The translations under genes and the position numbers were made by a program. DNA of 64,000 nucleotides from assembly GCA_951406725.2 (NCBI GenBank), contig OX597822.1, positions 47,306,001-47,370,000 on the forward strand. Direction: 5' to 3'. This DNA comes from Octopus vulgaris. Taxonomy: Eukaryota. Below are positions 13,982-28,021 of the stretch, one piece after another (position 1 is the stretch's first letter; the number at the start of each line of letters is the position of its first letter). The notes below the pieces were generated by a model. The model saw only the letters and a list, made by a program, of their open reading frames with translations. It was not told the origin of the DNA and made no database searches.

Positions 13982-14695
13982 CAGTGGTTCCCAAAGTGGG
14001 CAGTATTGCTCCGGGGGGGCTGGGGGTGATGGAAAGTTCCAAGGGAATGCTGAAGAAAAATGGGGGCAATAATGGAGTAGCGATACATGTAAAATGTGGG
14101 GTGATAATGGGGTGGCGATTCATGTAAAAACAACAAAATAATGTGTTCATTAGGTTAAGTTTTATTTGTTAACTACAGTTGCTTTGAATTTACTTCAGAA
14201 AGAGGTCTATATTAGTGATAGTTAGTTAGTGGGGGCGCAATGGCCCAGTGGTTAGGGCAGCAGACTCGCGGTCGTAGGATCGCGGTTTCGACACCCAGAC
14301 CGGGCTTTGTGAGTGTTTATTGAGCGAAAACACCCAAAGCTCCACGAGGCTCCGGCAGGGGATGGTGGTGATCCCTGCTGTACCCTTTCACCACAACTTT
14401 GTCTCACTCTTACTTCCTGTTTCTGTTTTACCTGTATTTCAAAGGGCCGGCCTTGTCACTCTCTGTGTCACGCTGAATATCCCCGAGAACTACGTTAAGG
14501 GTACACGTGTCTGTGGAGTGCTCAGCCACTTACATGTTAATTTCATGAGCAGGTTGTTCCGTTTGATCGGATCAACCGGAACCCTCGTCGTCGTAACCGA
14601 CGGAGTACTTCCATCCAGTTAGTTGAAGTGCAGGCGCTAGGAATGTGGCCTGGGTGTCAAGGGGGCAGTGGCCCAAAAAGGTTTGAGAACCACTG
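13982..14695. mobile_element. hAT (Charlie-like) MITE carrying a nested SINE
   Basis: TIRs CAGTGGTTCCCAAA and TTTGAGAACCACTG; 8-bp TSD ATCTAAAG / TTCTAAAG (7 of 8 match). Confidence 0.85.
14231..14616 (+). mobile_element. tRNA-derived SINE, apparently full length
   Basis: tRNA-like head GGGGCGCAATGGCCCAGTGGTTAG (A box) ... GGTTTCGACACC (B box), flanked by duplicated AGTTAGT. A related 3' part occurs at about 22500-22680. Confidence 0.85.
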
Positions 14696-15212
14696 TTCTA
14701 AAGTAAAATTCTAGAAAGATGGAAGGACCAGCCAGTCAACTATTTGCAATGAGTGGATGACAACAAAACCGTAGCAGTGGTTACATAAAATACCACGCCC
14801 TGAAATATGAGTTTTGTATCCTGTATAGCAATTCTCTTGACCAAAATAATAAGCAATCTTACAGCTGATCTGTATTGGTACTCCTATAATGTAGCTTATT
14901 TATATTAAAATACATGCTTTCGTATTTAAATTCCACTATACTTTCACTGCGCTTGAATTTACATGCACAGAATCATACATTTTCCCAATAAAACCACTTG
15001 AAGATATCTTTGAATATCTCCTGCAAAATACAGTTGTAAGATAAGTGTCCCTCTTATATGTGAATGCGCTTCATACATTGGCAAATTCAGTATGTAACTA
15101 ATGCCATGCTCTCTCTCTCTCTCTCTCTCTCCTAGTTTATTACATTCACTAATTCTTTGTTTTCTTCTCTTTTCTTTTATTTTTCATTATCTCCTGTGGC
15201 TGTGATTTACAG

Positions 15213-16387
15213 ATGAGTCTAAATGAAGTCGATGAAAAGCCGAGCCAACCCTTGTTCAACTCCTCCATGTCCCGGCGTAATTTAGAGACCATAGTAGAGG
15301 CCATCCGACACTTGGAAGGGGACCGAATTGGATTGGCAATAGAAGAACAGCAGCACCCAAACAACAACAACAACATGTCACAATTTGATGAAGTTGAATG
15401 CATCAATGCACCACCTGCACACCAACATGGCAATGCTGTGTATAATAGCAGTGGTGGAAGAGGGGTAGTTAGCATCACAGAGCAACAACAGAGGCAGAAG
15501 AAGGTGTGCAGCGGGACAGGTGAAACAGTGGCCCCTTGCTCTGTTATAGGGTCAGGTAAAGAAAGCTGTGTGAAGATGGGTGGAAGTGGTGGCGGTGGTG
15601 TTGTTGGAGGTGATGAAGACAAGGAAAACTGTCACTCTAAAGATGACAGTGGCACAACTCCACTGTCGTCACCAATCAACGATGAGGAGGACGGCAGCGA
15701 TGACATTGAAGAAGATGATGATGACGGTGATGACATCACTGACGACGACGAAGACGATGATGTCATCAACGACAATGCTGCCGATGATGATGGTGATGAT
15801 TGTAATGATGATTGTGTAGATGATGATGATAACAATTCAGAACTCGTGTCCCCAGTGGATTTTTCCACGACAGGGCAACATCACAATAATAACAATGGAC
15901 ATAAAAACACAGTAGTGTTCGCATCAACTGTCATCACCACTACCACCACCACCACAACACCCACTAACTTCAGCCTCATTAACAACAACAACAACAACAA
16001 CAGCAGCAGCAGCAACAACACTTCATCTTTTTCCATCCCTCCCTCTTCTCTGTCTATTCTCTCCTCTACACCGTCTTCAACATCATCATCATCATCCTCA
16101 TCGTCATCACCATCCTCATCATCATCATCATCAACATCATCGTCGTCCCTTTTGACTGCCGCAGCATCAAAAACACCAAAACCAACTCTGCAGCAGCAAC
16201 AGCAACTCTTGCATCCGGCGCTTTCTACAGTTGCAGCTGCAGGTGCCACTGCTGCTGATACTCCGGCCCCGCCTTCAGCTCACTCTCCTGTCCTTGTGGC
16301 CACCACCACTGCTGTCCCACCAGTCGTTCCTGCTGCACACCATCACCACCACCACCACCACCAACAGCAGCAACAACAACATCAACA

Positions 16388-16419
<32 letters not shown>

Positions 16420-16721
16420 AGCAGCAGCAAACACAGCAACATCGACAACAACTACAACAGCCACACCATCATCATCATCACCACCACCACCATCATCACC
16501 AACAAGACCAACAACAGCAACAACAACAACAACACCAACACCACCAGCAACAAGTACTAGCCAGTGACTGTACGTCTGTTGTGAAGACCAACCTCTCCAG
16601 TAGCTGTTTCAGCACCACCCCCACCAAATACCCCACAGCTTCAACGCTGTTGCATCGAGCTCCCCCCTATGCCATCAACCAAATTTATCAGCGCCCGGGT
16701 GTCATTGTGCATAAATCATAG
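15213..16721 (+). CDS. TFAP4: TFAP4 terminal coding exon with the TIV motif and a long low-complexity region
   Basis: Acceptor tttacag|ATG in phase 0; 502-codon open frame ending TAG at 16719-16721. SRRNLETIVEAIRHLEGD matches the AP-4 SRQNLDTIVQAIQHIEG motif. Ends RPGVIVHKS. Confidence 0.92.
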
Positions 16722-17748
16722 CTTTTAAACATAGTCAATGAGGATTTTGGGTGGGTGGGAGGGCGGACAGTGCCGTAATAGGTGTGGGACGGGGGGGTTA
16801 GGGGTTGGGTGGAGAAGTGGGTGATGTTGCTTTTTTTTGTATTTTTTGTTTTATATTTCTTTTTTTTTTTTCCATGGAGGTGTTGAAGGTTGGGAAGGGC
16901 TAGCAACTTAGAGGGAAAAATAGTTTATAATCATAAGTGGGGGGAGGGTGAGGGTTCTTTTTCTCTTTTTTAAATAAGGGTTTCTATCTACCTATCCATT
17001 CGTTCACACTCCGTAATTTAAAGATAAGGATTTTTCTGTTTTTTTTTTTTTTTCCCCTTCGCTTTCATTATAACTTGTCCGAAAATTTCTTGTCTCAAAA
17101 AATTCATTTCATGACATTTCTCTTTGTCAAGACATATATCTCTCTCTCTATGCTTTCTTTTTTTTTTTTGGTTCATATATGTGTATCTATATACACATAT
17201 ATAAATATATACACACACATGCATACACGTATGTACTTGTGCAGGTACATGCGCCTTGCATTTTGCACACATTTGACTTCGCATGAGGCATACAAGTTTT
17301 ATAGGGCATGCTTCGATGTTAGCAGGTCCCTTCTTGAACCATCACCTGCCTGTAATCTAAATCCTTATGATGTGTTTATACGACACAAAGAGATTTTCCT
17401 GGATGTTTTGCTTTTTCTCCTGGAAAAATAATGTGCCTCATAAGCTGTCAAATATGATGTGTGCATGTATGTATATATATTTGTGTATATGAGTATATAT
17501 ATATATGTGTGTGTGTGTGTATATATATATACACACACACATATATATAATGCATATATATGCCTATATCTTTGGAAATATTGACTGCCCACTTTTTATA
17601 CACTCATTGCAGTTGTTCATTTTATGTGTGTATGTACATACATATACATACATACACATACATATATACACACACACACATACACACATCATTCAAAAAG
17701 CATACCAGAGGAAAGTTTATCCTCTGAAAAGAACATTTTCTATTAAGA

Positions 17749-17754
17749 AATAAA
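17749..17754 (+). promoter_or_regulatory. Possible polyadenylation signal for TFAP4
   Basis: AATAAA about 1 kb after the stop codon, but inside an A-rich run, so weak evidence. Confidence 0.2.
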
Positions 17755-20700
17755 AAAAAATAATAATAATCATCATCATCATGATGGTGATTCTCAACTC
17801 CCTGTTCCCTCTCCCTGCAGAATTTTTTTTTCCTTTTTGCTAAAACAAAGCCCTACAAAAAACTGATGACATTACACCCTTCCCCCTACCTCGCCTCCCC
17901 TTTTTTTCTTTCAATTTTCGTTCTATTTTTCTTCCCCTTTTTTTTCCTGAAATTTTCGTTTATGTTTTAACGCTTTATTAAAGCTCTGCATTGTACTGTT
18001 TTTGCATTTCATGTTGTTCTTCATTGGTTTATTTTCGTTGATGTTGAGTAGTGGTCCTTGCTCAGCATCACTTGAGCCTGAGCTTATGAGTAACGGGAAA
18101 ATTTGACGCAGATGTTTGGATGCAGGCATTTTGGCACAGCTGATTGCACATTCACTCTCTTTTGGTTGCAGAACTTTTTGGTGCTGGAGGCAAACTCGTA
18201 CACATGCTTGTGTATGTAGAAATCTGTACATACATACAGAGGGAGAGAGAGAGAGATGCACACACACACACAGATAGACAGACCATTTAGCATTTAGATT
18301 ATGTTGTCAAATGTAGAGCTTATTTATTCACATTGTCTTGAATTAAACATGCATTATCTTCTGGTTTCAAGATTTCAATGATGTGATTGTTTATTTTTAG
18401 AATGACATTGTAGAGTTGGTGTGAGATGTTGGATGTGGCCAACTTGAACATAAAAAAGGCAAAATAGTTTGGCCAGCTGTGGCTGGTTTAAATGCCGAAG
18501 GGTGAAAATGTTGAATGAGTGACACCAAATTCGTTGTTGCTCCACAGTGTCTCATAATTGATCTATGGCACACCTCACAGGGGAGGGAGAGAAAAGTGGA
18601 AAATGAGTTCATTTTTACATGTCAAAGAAGAAGAGCTGTGTGCATGGCTTTTTCAAGGTCTATAACTCAGATGGTAAAGAAAGGTTATCTTTTCACCAGA
18701 ATGCTAAAATCGCTGAAATTCTAGGTGGTGGTGTTAAACTGGACAGTCAATAGCGTTTACTCTCCAAGAACAAGGAAGGCTTGCAGGCAGGCTTCCACAA
18801 CAAATTCATCTGAACCAATTCACAAGATTTCAGGTTTGTTTGTCGTACAGGTCACTTGCCCACGATGCCATGCAGTGGGAGTGTTGTTGTGTTTAGTGTA
18901 GTGTGGAAGTAAACGAGTTGTTATGTGAAATGGTGGTTTGTAGTGTGGACACTAGTGGAATGTGGTTTGAAAGTTGGTTGATTGTTGTGTAGGAGTCAGT
19001 GAGTTGTGGTCTGTGAGTCTTCACAGGCTAGGTGGCAATCAGCAGGCTGTGTGGAAGTCAACATGTGTTGTTGTGGGAGTCTTCAGATTTTTGTGTGAGA
19101 AGTCACCGGTTTGTGATTTAAAAGTTTGTGGGTTGTTGTATAGAATGCCATATACAAGCAGTGATTTCTGAAAGTTGTGTGTATCAGAAATTGATTTGTG
19201 TATTGTTGGCTTGATGCTATTGACTGGCTAAATTTATAAGAAACCTAATGGTAAATACATAAGCCTTTAAAAACACAAAAAAGTACTGGAGTCGATTTGT
19301 TTAACCTAAACCCTACAAGGCGGTGCCCCAGCATGACCACAGTTCAATGACTGAAACAAGTAAAAGATAAAAGATGTTGGGAGGTACTATGTTTTAAATA
19401 ACTACAAAACTGCTTGAGAATAGTTGGCACTTATTAATAGACCAGATTAAATTATTTTAAAAAAAGGATAAAGTGTATTGGAGAGCAATACCTGGCTTCC
19501 TTCTTGTGAACATGAAGAAAAGCAGTTATTGCTCTTTAACCCTTTCGCATTCAGATTAATTTGCCAAATGAAATGGTTAGGCATTCACATTGCTTTCAAT
19601 TAATCGTGCATTATTTCATAGCTTTGGGATTTCGATGGTGTGATTGTTTATATTTAGAATTACATTGTAGGGTAGGTGTGAGAGGCAAAATCTGGCAAGT
19701 TTGAACAAATGATAGGTAGAATATTTAGGCCGGATATAGCCAGTTTAAATGCTAAAGGGTTAAAGCTTTTTGAGGCAACACAAGAACAGCCTGACCGCGG
19801 GTAATCGATGTAGTTGGGTGGTAGTGAGAGCATCCCCGCCAATAGTAAATGTTTGTTTGTTTTTGTAGTCACCTCTTTTGTCTCTTACCTTTTCCAGTCG
19901 TTGGACAGTGGCCATGCTGGGACATTACCCCTGAAGGTTTAGTTGAACCATTTAAGCCCTCGCTGGTCTCTTTTACTGAACCGTTAGATTATGGGTACGC
20001 AAACTATTCCACACTGGTTTCGCCACTTTTGGAGAATATATACGTCACTTTTTGGCCAGCTGAATGGACTGGAGCAACATATAATGAAATGCTTTGCTCA
20101 AGAACAAAACTCATCGCCCGTTCCTGGAATCGAAACCACAATCTTGTGATTAGGAATGCAACACCTTAACCACTAAGCCATGTTCCTCCACAAACACTGT
20201 GTGTGTGTTATATAACATGTATTTATATAATATATATCATAACTGCGCGCGCGTATGTCCTGCAGTTCGTGTGGAAATTCCATTGGAATATCTTAGTTGA
20301 AAAGGAAATAAGGATTGGCGCCAAGAAGGGTATCCACCCATTGAATGCTATTATTAGCAGTGTCATAAAAATCCATGGCAGCATCGGGGGAGTAGATATA
20401 AAAAACGGTGATGCACATTGCATTATGATTGCGATCAGAAATCAAACAGATAGATACAGAATTTAGATGTGTGTGTGTATGCATGCATAAGTGCATACAC
20501 CTCTAAGTATGAAGTTATTAATCTCAAAAATTGATTTCTAAAATAGGTACAGGTCTCTTTTGTCTTTGTTTCCAGTTCCATCCAGAGACGATTTACTTCT
20601 TTGTTGGTGCAAGAACGGCTGTGGTTAAGAAGCCGGCTTTGCAACCATTTGGTTTCAGGTTCAGGCTGACTCGGGAAGTGTCTTCTGCTATCGCCCGGGG

Positions 20701-20775
20701 TCGTCCAGTGTCTTGTGAATGAATTTTATATATATGTGTGTGTGTGTGTATGTATATATATATTATACACACACA

Positions 20776-22029
20776 CAAGGTGTCCCAAAATTAAGGTAAC
20801 CAACTTTTTTCAATTTTGCCAAAGCAAAATGTTATATTTCGGGTCCGAGCGTTGCAATGTAAATAGTAAAGGAAACAATTATGACACTACCACTTTTATT
20901 CGACATGACCACCCCTGTTTTGAATCACAACCTTAAGTCTAGATGCTAATGCTTCACACACAGCACGCAACTGTACTTGCTGAATCGAAGCCCATTCTCG
21001 GCGTAGTTTTGCCTTCCGAGCGGCGAGCGAAGCGTGAGGAGTGCTCGTAATCCTCGTCTCCAAAATGGATCAAACAGAAAAATCCAACGGGTTGAGATCG
21101 GGGCTTCTTGAGCGCCATACATCCTAGTCTATGAACGACGGAATGTTTTTCTGAATCTAGTGTTGTGTCTGTTTGGGGCTGCGGGATGGTGCCGAGTCCT
21201 GTTTGAAGCTCCAAGGCGCACCTTGGACCTTGAAAGTGCTCATTCGCCTGGATGCAGTTCAGCTTGCACAATGTCGCTAATGTATCGCCTGATGTTAATT
21301 TTAGCACCCGAAGGCACACAAACGAGGGGAAACTTTCCAGTGGCTGTCACAGCTGCCCAAACCATAACTGACAATGAATTTTGACTTCGATTTACGAGTC
21401 TACCCTCGATGGAACCATATACATACCAAAGTCGGTCATTCTGGTGGTTTACTATCTGTTCGATGTCAAATTGCTTTTCATCAGTTGGGCAACGTACCTT
21501 CAGCAATCTGATGCGGGACAAGATGGCTTCTCTCCAGTCTCGTTGTCTTATAAACTTGCGTGAGCTCATGACGGTGGGGTGGGTCCAGAGATCCTCCCTC
21601 AGCACTCATACATTGGTGTTCGGAATATTTTTGCTGTGACAGTCAGTTTTCTGACGGAACGACGAATATTTCGCCGTATCTTTTCTCTGGTACTTTTGAT
21701 AGGCTGAGGGGTTCACACATTTCTTTTTCGGCCACGTCCAGGTCGATCAATGGTGGAACCAGTCTCTTGAAATTTCTTGCCAATTTTACAGACTGTTGTT
21801 TGGTTAATTTTAAGTTCTTCTGCTTAATCATAACCCTCCTTTATGGAGGGTTATGATTGTATTTCGATCTATAGCCATTATCTAATTTATAAATCTGAAT
21901 TTATTTAGCCTGAAACAAAAAGAAGACACACTAAGCTTTTATAATGATGTATAATTTTCATATCTAATCACATTTATTGATAGTTATTAAAGCCCGAAAC
22001 TTCGGTTGCCTTTATTTCGGGACACCCTG
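20776..22029 (-). mobile_element. Tc1/mariner element (DD37D/maT-like), near full length, transposase frameshifted
   Basis: TIRs CAAGGTGTCCCAAAATTAAGGTAACC and GGTTGCCTTTATTTCGGGACACCCTG in a TA/CA context. Minus-strand pieces DEKQFDIEQIVNHQNDR, SVMVWAAVTATGKFPLV and PDLNPLDF (third catalytic residue is D). Confidence 0.9.
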
Positions 22030-22866
22030 TATATATATATATATATATATATAAATAGACACTCAGTTCAAGACGATGTATGAGCGTTCTGCTTTTGCTA
22101 TACGACCTGCACAAACGATTCGCTTATAGTGATCAAATGTTTGTGTCGTACATTAACTGACTCACTCCGTCAAATCGACGTTATTTGAACAGGTGCACCG
22201 TGTACCAAGTGTCAGGTGTTGAAGTGATCGCAAAGTAATGTGAGATGAAGTGTTTTGCTCAAGAACACAACGGACCACCCGGTCTAGGAATTGAAATCAA
22301 GATCGCTAACTCGTGAGTGCAACACCCTAACCACTAAGCCATGTGTCCTCACTAGGTTTGTGCGTGTGCGTTTAGTGCGCGACAATTTTACCATTCAGGT
22401 TTCGGGTCTTATTAACCATATTAAACTCGCGCCACATATAAAGAACACATGAATAATGAGAGAATAAAGAACATTTGAATTCGGTATTCCTTTGTTTCAT
22501 CTGTTACATGTTTTAAAGGGCCAGCCTTGTCGCATTCTGTATCCCACTGAATCCCTGAGAACCATGTTGAGGGTAAGTGTATTTGTGGAGTGCTTAGCTA
22601 CATACACATTAATTTCACAAGCAGGCTGTCCTGCGGATCGGATCAACTGGAACATTCGTCGTCGTCGTAACCGACGGAGATCCAGGCCACATTTGTTTCA
22701 GTATTCAGTAGCACTTGATTGGAATGCCAAGTACAAGCCCATATTCTTTTCTCTTATTGTATGTGTGTGTTTGATTTCTCTCACCACCGGTTGTTTATGC
22801 GTCTGAAACATAGCGTTTCGGCAAAAGAATCCGACAGAATAAGTATCAGACCGTAAAAAAATTGAG

Positions 22867-22868
<2 letters not shown>

Positions 22869-22913
<45 letters not shown>

Positions 22914-22918
22914 TAGTA

Positions 22919-22981
<63 letters not shown>

Positions 22982-23056
22982 CAGCAGCAGCAGCAGCAGC
23001 ATTACCAGTAGTAGTAGTAGCAGTAGTAGTAGTAATAGCAGCAGTAGTAGTAGTAG
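22869..23056. repeat. (TAG)n/(CAG)n trinucleotide microsatellite
   Basis: Directly visible in the sequence. Confidence 0.95.
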
Positions 23057-25025
23057 TGTGGAGTGGGGCAAAATGTTTGATTAAAACCCTCCGTGGTTCT
23101 CCAACATTGCCGCAGTTTAATGCCTGAAACAAATAAAAGAAAGATAAAAGATAAAATCACAAGAATTAATCTCATTAAAACCATTCCAACCATTATCAGT
23201 TACGCGGTTTCGATTCCTAGTTGCGTACATATTCACTTATCTGATACACTCCAGATGCTCACATTATACCAAACCACTATTATTGATTGGGCTGTCACAC
23301 CTAATCGATTACAACTCGATTACTTATTGAAATCATATAATTTTAGTGATACAGTCGCCAATATATATATTATGTGTGTGTCTGACGGCGGCGAGCTGGC
23401 AGAATTGTTAACATGTCGGACAAAATGCTTAGCGGCATTTCGTCTGTCTTCACATTCTGAGGGATCGATAAAATAAGTACCAGTTAAGTATTGGGGTCGA
23501 TGCAATCAATTCCATCAAAATTCCCGGCCCTTTGTCAAAATTTGAAAGCAGTGTGTGTGTGTGTTTGTACGCAGACGTGTGTGATCAAAAGTTCGCTTTG
23601 TAATAACCATTTACATCCAGTTTCCAGATATTTGCTCAGGATACCACTAATGGTACCCTGAGCAAATATCTTCTATCATGGTCTCACGGTTAATAACGCC
23701 TTTTAGGGGAAATTTGAAGGACGGAAAGTGCGAAAGTCCATCACACACACACACACACACAATGAAGTATAAGGAAAGGAAAAATTTCGAAGTGTAGAAC
23801 TTTATTTCAATTTATAGTCCAACTTATATTCATATATATATTATATTATATGTACATATAAACCCTTATTGTTATATTTATATATATATATGAAGGTTGC
23901 TTCCCAACCACATGGTTCCAGGTTCAGTCCCACAGCTTGGCATCTTGGGCAAGTGTATTCTACTATAGAATCAGGTCGACCAAAGCCTTGCGAGTGGATT
24001 CGGTTGACGGAAACTGAAGGAAACTTGTGGTACATACATACATACATATGTGTGTGTGCATGTCTGTGTTTGTTTCCCTTCCACTGCTTGACAACCGGTG
24101 TTCTTGAGTTTACGTTCCCGTCAACTAGCATTTCGGCAAAAAAGAACGATGGAATAAGTATCGGGCTTAAAGATGAAAAAGTGTTGGGATCGATTTGTTC
24201 GACTAAAAATCCCCCAGGCGGTGTCCCAGCATGGCTGCAGTCAAATGGCTGAAACAAATGAAAGATAGAAGAGATAATACATAATATTTATATATCATGT
24301 ATATTTAATATATACATATATATTTTATATGTATATATAATGTATTTATGCGCGCGCGCGCACCATTACTAAATTCTTAGAGAAATTTATTTATTTCGTA
24401 AGGGGAAGTAACTCTATTTCAAAAAGGGACGAAACTAAATGTAAACCCAGCTAATCATTAAAATGAGTACATGGCTTAGATATAATGAATTAAACATCCC
24501 TGAAGACTTTATCCCATCATCGCCGAAGTTCAACCTCTGAAACAAAAGGAAAAATGAAAGCATATACCACAGTAATTAATTTTAATATTAATATCAATTT
24601 TCGTGCTTCCTCGTCTATTATGCGGGAATATGAGGTTAACATTATTGTCAGTCGAGCTTAGAGTAGTGAGCCCCTTGCCGATTACGTAGTTTTTCAATAC
24701 ATCACCTTCTAATGCTCCAGGACAACTCATCAGTGGTATTTCCTGGGATCATTAGGTGTTTCAGATCTTTCAACATCAGACACCCTCACCAAGGTGACCC
24801 AGATAGGTTTGATCAACTCCAGGCACGTGTCCAGTTAGCACAACGCCTGGTATCACTGCCCCTTCAAGGCCTCACGCATAATCCACAGCCATTATGAGGT
24901 AAGCTCTGTTACCTCTTATAGCCAACTTGACCCTCCGGCTCTTGTAATGCCCAGAGATTTTCAACGTTCTTAATATCCAAACCAAATCCTAAACCTGGAC
25001 TTTTTTAGGGGTTCGCACCAAAAAA

Positions 25026-25261
25026 TGTAAAGTACAAATCCAAGAAAGAAAATTGTTGTTATATTTATAGAGAGAAGACCGTCGAGGGGGTGCTTGAGAG
25101 CTGCGTGCGGCCTCTGGGAGCCGCAGTTGAGAACTGATGTTGTAGGCTCTGCAGAGGGGGGACCTGACTGTGAATTCTCTGCTTCCCACCTCAGTGGGAA
25201 TACAGCTTGTTTAAGCATGTTTCATTCTATTCTGTTCTCTTCCTTTCTCTCTCCCTTTCCT

Positions 25262-25294
<33 letters not shown>

Positions 25295-25549
25295 TTTCTT
25301 TCCTTCTCTCTCTCTCTTTCTTTCTTTTTTCTGTCTGTCTGTGTCTCTCCCTCTCTTTCATTTCCCTTCTCAGTATGCCTTAAGGTGGTTATGAACTAGG
25401 ACCTATGAGCTTTGGAAGGGGCGGAGCTAACTGAACGCACGGTGGGGATTGATCGACCATGGTTAAGTTGCCTGAGCGAAGGAGTCCGGTTACTGAAACA
25501 CCTGATAATCCCAGGGAGCATCAGTATTGATTTGTCCAGATGTGTCACA
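25026..25549 (-). mobile_element. Putative retrotransposon LTR followed by a PBS-like motif
   Basis: The minus strand starts TGTGACAC and ends TTTACA, then reads TTTTTGGTGCGAACCCC (TGG start, PBS-like). A diverged related sequence lies in the opposite orientation at about 24710-24930. Confidence 0.45.
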
Positions 25550-25649
25550 GGATAAGGTAGGAAAAAAACTATTGCATTAACATATATTAAAAAATGTATC
25601 TGGAACTGTATATATGGGTGTGCGTGTGTGTATTGGGGTATATATATAT

Positions 25650-26085
<436 letters not shown>

Positions 26086-26134
26086 AATGTAGGTATATAT
26101 ATAGTCGGGGTTAACCACAGTAAATAAGGTACTC

Positions 26135-26183
<49 letters not shown>

Positions 26184-26238
26184 AATGTAGGTCCCGGGTT
26201 GAGTCGGGGTTACAGTAAATAAGGTACTCAATACATGG

Positions 26239-26298
26239 CTGTTTCATTCAAATGAAATCATCAGGAAGCTTCCTGATGATTTCATTTGAATGAAACAG
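26239..26298. repeat. Perfect 60-bp palindrome made of two back-to-back hammerhead-like cores
   Basis: CTGTTTCATTCAAATGAAATCATCAGGAAG|CTTCCTGATGATTTCATTTGAATGAAACAG; each strand reads CTGATGA...GAAACAG. Confidence 0.9.
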
Positions 26299-26355
26299 TT
26301 CTAGTCCTGTAGAAGCTCCTTCTATAAAATAAATATATATATGTATATATATATG

Positions 26356-26425
<70 letters not shown>

Positions 26426-26489
26426 ATATATATATCATATATATATATCATATATATATATATATCATATATATATATCATATATATAT

Positions 26490-26567
<78 letters not shown>

Positions 26568-26570
26568 TGC

Positions 26571-26605
<35 letters not shown>

Positions 26606-26668
26606 TATATATATACATATATGGAAATAAGTACATGTATTGTCCGTTTGATGGAAAACTTCTATAAA

Positions 26669-26753
26669 TGGCTGAAGATTGCTCAACATTTTAAAACTGA
26701 TGTAAATACTTACAATGTTTAATATAATGAAGTAGCACGAAACGATCGTACCA
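26669..26753 (+). ncRNA. Minimal type-I hammerhead ribozyme-like motif (family copy 1)
   Basis: TGG-CTGAAGA-TTGCT...AGCAC-GAAA-CGATCG-TA-CCA: palindromic stem III ACGATCGT, GUA triplet, stem II closing pair mismatched. Confidence 0.7.
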
Positions 26754-26777
26754 AATTACCGGAGACATACTTGCTGA

Positions 26778-26829
<52 letters not shown>

Positions 26830-26831
<2 letters not shown>

Positions 26832-27587
26832 GAAATATGTTACAAAAAGAAAATAGAAAATACACGTGGAAATGTAAGGCGAAAATAAGAAAAATCAACG
26901 AAAATGCACATTGTAAATAAAAAAGAAAAGGCTTTTTATGAAAGGTTACAACAGATATATACATTTAGATGGACTGAGGTAGTAATAAAAGTCATTATTA
27001 TGAGATGATTAAAGATGCAGTAAGCATACCATGGTTTCGTCATAATGAATGAACACAGGCTAATGAACGGTGTCAGGTCTAATAGTTCCTGAGTAAAAAG
27101 ATTATTTGTAAAGGAGGTAAGTAGTTCTGGATTTTGTGCAGTTAGTTTAGATATAGAATTGTAACGTAAAAGGTGAAAGGAATGTATGGGGGTTAGTGTT
27201 GTTAATTGAAGGGTTAGTAGTGTTCTGTATTAAGTTGTGTGTACATATTTAATTGGGGGGAGATATTTATTGAAGAAGATTGCCTCTTTATTCAACCTTT
27301 GTTGCGTTAAGGTGTTCTGTGAACATTGATAGAAGGGGAAGATTTGGAATTAGGTTTAAGATTCCTAGCACACCTTTCTATGTGTTCACTAACCTGTAAC
27401 TGTCTGTATTGTGGGCGGCGGATTTGTTCTTTGTGGATGGTGGTTCTTCGACAGAGTGATATTCCTGTTTGTCCAACATAGTGGTTACCACATCCCAAGC
27501 ATGTCATGGCATAGATTAGATTTTCCGAGGCGCAGGTGAAATTTGATTTGATCTTAAATATTTCACCTTGTTTGAAGTGGAATTCTG

Positions 27588-27590
<3 letters not shown>
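26830..27590 (-). mobile_element. 5'-truncated Penelope-like element: GIY-YIG endonuclease C-terminus and 3' region
   Basis: The minus strand encodes FKIKSNFTCASENLIYAMTCLGCGNHYVGQTGISLCRRTTIH...VSEHIERC, then after a frameshift FQIFPFY...RLNKEAIFFNKYLPQLN. A degenerate hammerhead-like GACGAAACCATGGTA lies near 27030. Confidence 0.85.
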
Positions 27591-27633
<43 letters not shown>

Positions 27634-27648
27634 ATCTCTGTCTGTCTA

Positions 27649-27719
<71 letters not shown>

Positions 27720-27980
27720 AAAATATTATATGTACACAGACGCACACACACACACACACATATATGTATACATTCTAGTTTCCGTCAACCAAATTCATTC
27801 ACAAAGTTTTATTCAGCCCGAGGCTATAGTAGAAGACACTTATCCAAGGTGCCACAAAATGGGACTGAACTCAGAACCATACAGTTGGGAAGTAAGCTTC
27901 TTACCACACATACACGCCTGCGCCTGCATTTATATATATATGAATACACACACAAACATACACAACACACACAATGGCTG

Positions 27981-28021
<41 letters not shown>

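Noticed and set aside
14231-14305. tRNA gene
   Set aside because: The tRNA-like head continues into a repeated SINE body flanked by a TSD, so it is not a standalone tRNA.
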